DNA of 64,000 bases, from contig OZ024761.1 of NCBI GenBank assembly GCA_964016885.1, positions 15,438,001 to 15,502,000 of the forward strand, read 5' to 3'. The notes beneath the pieces were generated by a model that saw nothing but the letters and a program-made list of their open reading frames with translations, had not been told where the DNA came from and did no database searches. Shown piece by piece: positions 59,580-64,000 of this stretch (positions are counted from its first letter, which is position 1; each line of letters opens with the position of its first letter). The DNA is from Eledone cirrhosa (taxonomy: Eukaryota). The position numbers and the translations under genes were made by a program.

Positions 59580-60420
59580 TTGTGTGTGCATGTGTATGTA
59601 TATAGCTATGTAATGTATGCATGTGTATGTATATAGCTATGTAATGTATGCATGTGTATGTATAAAGCTATGTATGTGTGCATCTGTATGTGTATAGCTA
59701 AGTATGTATGTATGTGTATGTATATAGCTATGTATGTATGCATGTGTATGCATATATGTATGTGTATAGTATATGAATGTATGTGTGCGAGAGAGAGAGG
59801 TATGTGTGTATGTGTATGTATGTTTGTATATATATGTATGTACGTATTTGTGTATACATGTATGCATGTGTACGTATATAGCTATGTATGTATGCATGTG
59901 TATGCATATATGTATGTATGTGTATAGTATATGAATGTATGTGTGCGAGAGAGAGAGAGAGGTATGTGTGTATGTGTATGTATGTTTGTATATATATGTA
60001 TGTACGTATTTGTGTATACATGTATGCATGTGTGCGTATATAGCTATGTATGTATGCATGTGTATGCATATATGTATGTATGTGTATAGTATATGAATGT
60101 ATGTGTGCGAGAGAGAGAGAGAGGTATGTGTGTATGTGTATGTATGTTTGTATATATATGTATGTACGTATTTGTGTATACATGTATGCATGTGTACGTA
60201 TATAGCTATGTATGTATGCATGTGTATGCATATATGTATGTATGTGTATAGTATATGAATGTATGTGTGCGAGAGAGAGAGAGAGGTATGTGTGTATGTG
60301 TATGCATGTTTGTATATATATATGTATGTACGTATTTGTGTATACATGTATGCATGTGTACGTATATAGCTATGTATGTATGCATGTGTATGCATATATG
60401 TATGTATATGTGAGAGAGAG
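59560..60420. repeat. TG/TA-rich higher-order tandem repeat, ~165-bp unit, about 4 copies
   Basis: GTATAGTATATGAATGTATGTGTGCGAGAGAG recurs near 59765, 59925, 60085 and 60248. Confidence 0.85.
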
Positions 60421-60479
60421 GGGGTGGGGGTAAAACCTCGACCACGGCACCAACTGGTTCCCCCTCCCCACACACTCAG

Positions 60480-60910
60480 GGTGTATCAAATATATCAAAA
60501 GGCTATATTTGTTAAAGAAAAGACTATATAATCATACGGTAACTTGTGCAATATATGTCTGAATATAAAGACGTATTCTTTGTTATAACTTTTATACATT
60601 TTCATAAAGTTATTTACATAATGAGTATTTGTAAACATTGTAAATAAAACCGGGTGATTCTTTTAGATACACAGTTTCCCAAACTTTGATGACGTAAATA
60701 GACTTGCGTTCTCAAAGAATTGTTTTTCCTTTCTTCCACTGCCCAGTCTCCTCTATGTTTCTATTTCTTCTTCAATTTCTCATTCTATTTTTTGATAAAA
60801 GACTGGCGTCCGAAACGTTAAGACTCTATTCCTACTATATCAAGCGTAAAACGAATAATATATTTTTCCATTGTACTGTGTCGTTTGCTTTGTGATTTCT
60901 GGTTGCCTTT

Positions 60911-60912
<2 letters not shown>
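60480..60912 (+). pseudogene. Decayed 3' end of a Penelope-like retroelement: endonuclease C-terminus, hammerhead relic and 3' tail
   Basis: CNICLNIKTYSL from 60547 and IMSICKHCK* at 60618-60647, then the P3 hammerhead relic and (TA)n. Confidence 0.55.
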
Positions 60913-60960
<48 letters not shown>

Positions 60961-61003
60961 TAGTTCCCACAATATATATATATATATATACAGTAGTTCC
61001 ACA

Positions 61004-61067
<64 letters not shown>

Positions 61068-61299
61068 GGGGGTATAATACAAGGATGATTTGTTAGGCCT
61101 TCATTATGTTTATTGATTGGTGACGCGCGTTGTGCTATTGATCAGCTCATGGTTCGATCTGTATCAATCCGGACCGACTCTGGAATCAAAAGCTCGCCGG
61201 ACCTCTGCTGTTGTAATGACAGAATGAACACTCTACACCTCGCTACTGACGTGAACCTAAACATCGAGCGTTCACCTTGGTGAGCCTACAGTAACTTCA

Positions 61300-61489
61300 C
61301 GTTAAACTCCCTGTTGCTTTGGTGTTATGTGGCTAGGTTCGCCTGCCGCAGTTTTCAATTTGTCACGCTATCTAACGTATGTTATTACTCTAATGGCACG
61401 CAGCCTTATCGAGTGCTTTGTTACACCTTCCTAGCTGTACATCTTTAGCCTGGCCACAGCCAAAACTTCGATTTTACTAAACCTACATT

Positions 61490-61490
<1 letters not shown>
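61300..61490 (+). mobile_element. Family H diverged repeat; also about 11900-12103 (plus) and 12845-13040 (minus)
   Basis: Shared AACGTA(A)TGTTAT(T/A)ACTCT...T(C/T)GAGTGCT...TAGC(C/T)TGGC...CTTCG, ending at (TA)n. Confidence 0.6.
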
Positions 61491-61525
<35 letters not shown>

Positions 61526-61675
61526 TAAGATGTATGGTAGGACGTATGTGAATCGCGATGATCACGTCTGACTTACCAAATATGTGACGGTAGCTAGTTA
61601 AGCTCTATGCGTATACGCAGAGCAGAAATATTAGTGAAAAAGAACAAAGGAACTATTATGACATTATAACAGGTT

Positions 61676-61709
<34 letters not shown>

Positions 61710-61906
61710 ACGAAGGAAATGTGGTAAGGAACCAAGTGGACCATAACGCACCAAAGTACTCAATACTTAGGGTAGTAGAGTGGGTAATAGGAACGAGTAG
61801 GACCCCGACGGCTGATCTCAAGCCGTTTCGACGGCTAATTCTGGACATGGAGTCCAGAATTAGCCGTCGAAACGGCTTGAGCTCAGCCGTCGGGGTCCTA
61901 CTCGTT

Positions 61907-61963
<57 letters not shown>

Positions 61964-62724
61964 CATTGGTGGTGGTGGTGGTGATAAACCCTGGAGGTGT
62001 AGCTGGTAGCGGTGCTGGTGGTAGTGGTACTAAGATTGGTGATGGTAGAGGTGGTGGTGGTGGTAGTGGTGATGGTGTTGATGTTGATGATAAACCCTGT
62101 TAGTACAGCTGGTAGCTGTGCTGGTGGTGGTGGTGGTGGTGGTGGTGGTGGTGGTGGTGGTGGTGGTACTAAGATTGGTGATGCTGTTGGTGATTGTGTT
62201 GTTGGCGGCGGTGGTGGTGTAGCTGGTAAGCTGTGCTGGTGGTAGTGGTACTAAGATTGGTGATTGTGGTGGTGGTGGTGGCGGCGGTGGTGTTGGCGGT
62301 GGTAGTGGTGCTGTTGCTGGTGTTGGTGATGATAAACCCTGTTGGTACAGCTGGTGGTTGTGCTGGTGGTAGTGCTACTAAGATTGGTGATGCTGTTGGT
62401 GATTGTGTTGTTGGTGGTGGTAGCGGTGGTGTTGGTGGTGGTGGTGGAATTGGCGGTGTTGGAGGTGATGGTGGTGGTGGTGGGGTGAGAGCGATAGTAA
62501 GGCTGTTGTGGGAGTTAGAGGGGTGGGGTGGGGGCAGAAAGAACGGTAACGTTTAAAAGGCAGCCGACTTCTTGTATAATGAACAAATAATCGGGATTCC
62601 TTGACAAACACCATCTCTACTTACGTCGGCTCTTCTGGTAGATATTGACACACATGCGCATGCGTATTATGTGTGTCAACATTCACATTCACATATATAT
62701 ATATATATATATATATGTGTATAG

Positions 62725-62790
<66 letters not shown>

Positions 62791-62889
62791 TGTGATGCAG
62801 ACACCCTAGCAGATGTGAAATATATACATTACACACACATATATATATACACACATACATACATGACTATATATATACACATATAAAGC

Positions 62890-62911
62890 ATATGAATGCG
62901 TATATCAATGT

Positions 62912-62951
<40 letters not shown>

Positions 62952-63004
62952 GAATATATACATATCAAGCATATGAAATGGTATATTTTATCTACATATA
63001 ATTT

Positions 63005-63051
<47 letters not shown>

Positions 63052-63110
63052 TAATTTATATATATATATATTATATATATATACATATATATATTATATA
63101 TATATACATA

Positions 63111-63183
<73 letters not shown>

Positions 63184-63191
63184 ATATATAT

Positions 63192-63225
<34 letters not shown>

Positions 63226-63602
63226 ATATATATTATATATATATATATATTATATATATATATATTATATATATATATATTATATATATATATATTATAT
63301 ATATATATATTATATATATATATTATATATATATATATATTATATATATATTTATATATATATATAATTTATATATATATATATATATTATATATATAAT
63401 ATATAATTTATATATATATATATATTATATATATAGTATATAATTTATATATATATATATATAATTTATATATATATATATAATATATAATTTATATATA
63501 TATTTTATATAATTTATATATATATATATATATAATTTATATATATATATATATAATTTATATATATATATATAATTTATATATATACATATATATATAT
63601 AT
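62890..63602. repeat. (TA)n-rich array; similar arrays 26920-27355 and 56790-57760
   Basis: Directly visible. Confidence 0.95.
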
Positions 63603-63654
63603 TTAAAATCTCAAATCACGGTTTCCTGTTTATTACTTGACATGTCAACAAACA

Positions 63655-63689
<35 letters not shown>

Positions 63690-63899
63690 ACCCCACCACC
63701 ACCCACCACTAACCATCAAATCCTCAACATCTGGCCCTTACACTGGGTAATTATATATGTATATATGTGTGTGTGTGTGTAGAAGAGAAAGAGTCCGATA
63801 TAGTATAATGACAGTGACAGGGCGGTGATTCGAACCGGAAACCGTTGTTTCTATGACGACTTACAGCTTTATACTTTTTATTAATCAACAAATGCCTGA

Positions 63900-64000
63900 A
63901 ATAATTGTTTCTACTTTAGGCACAAGGCCAGCAATTACCCAGAGCATTACTGGTACTTTATTTTATCGACCCCGTAAGGATGAAAGGCAAAGTTAACCTC
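63900..64000 (-). mobile_element. S1 SINE truncated by the window end
   Basis: Matches the S1 tail and body. Confidence 0.85.

Overview
This is a gene-poor, very microsatellite-rich eukaryotic region. The SINE repertoire and repeat landscape suggest an octopod cephalopod (inference from remembered octopus repeats, not a database hit). No host protein-coding gene is supported, and nearly all listed ORFs are translations of (TA)n/(CA)n/trinucleotide repeats. The main signal is at least 8 distinct families of 100-650 bp elements, mostly embedded in (TA)n tracts. Most carry a minimal type I hammerhead ribozyme (CUGANGA...GAAA, some with compensatory stem changes between copies). Many copies are fold-back palindromes whose turning points often fall in the ribozyme helices, and several families share a T(T/C/A)GAGYRC-like motif about 35-50 nt from the 3' end. 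One copy is preceded by a decayed CxxC...CxH peptide resembling a Penelope-like endonuclease C-terminus, so I interpret these as 3' remnants of Penelope-like retroelements. The window also holds L1/Tx1-like 3' ends in (GATA)n, two tRNA-derived SINE families, RTE and CR1-like tails, Tc1/mariner and pogo-like fossils, a non-autonomous Helitron and several minisatellites. Coordinates were read by eye and element boundaries are approximate.
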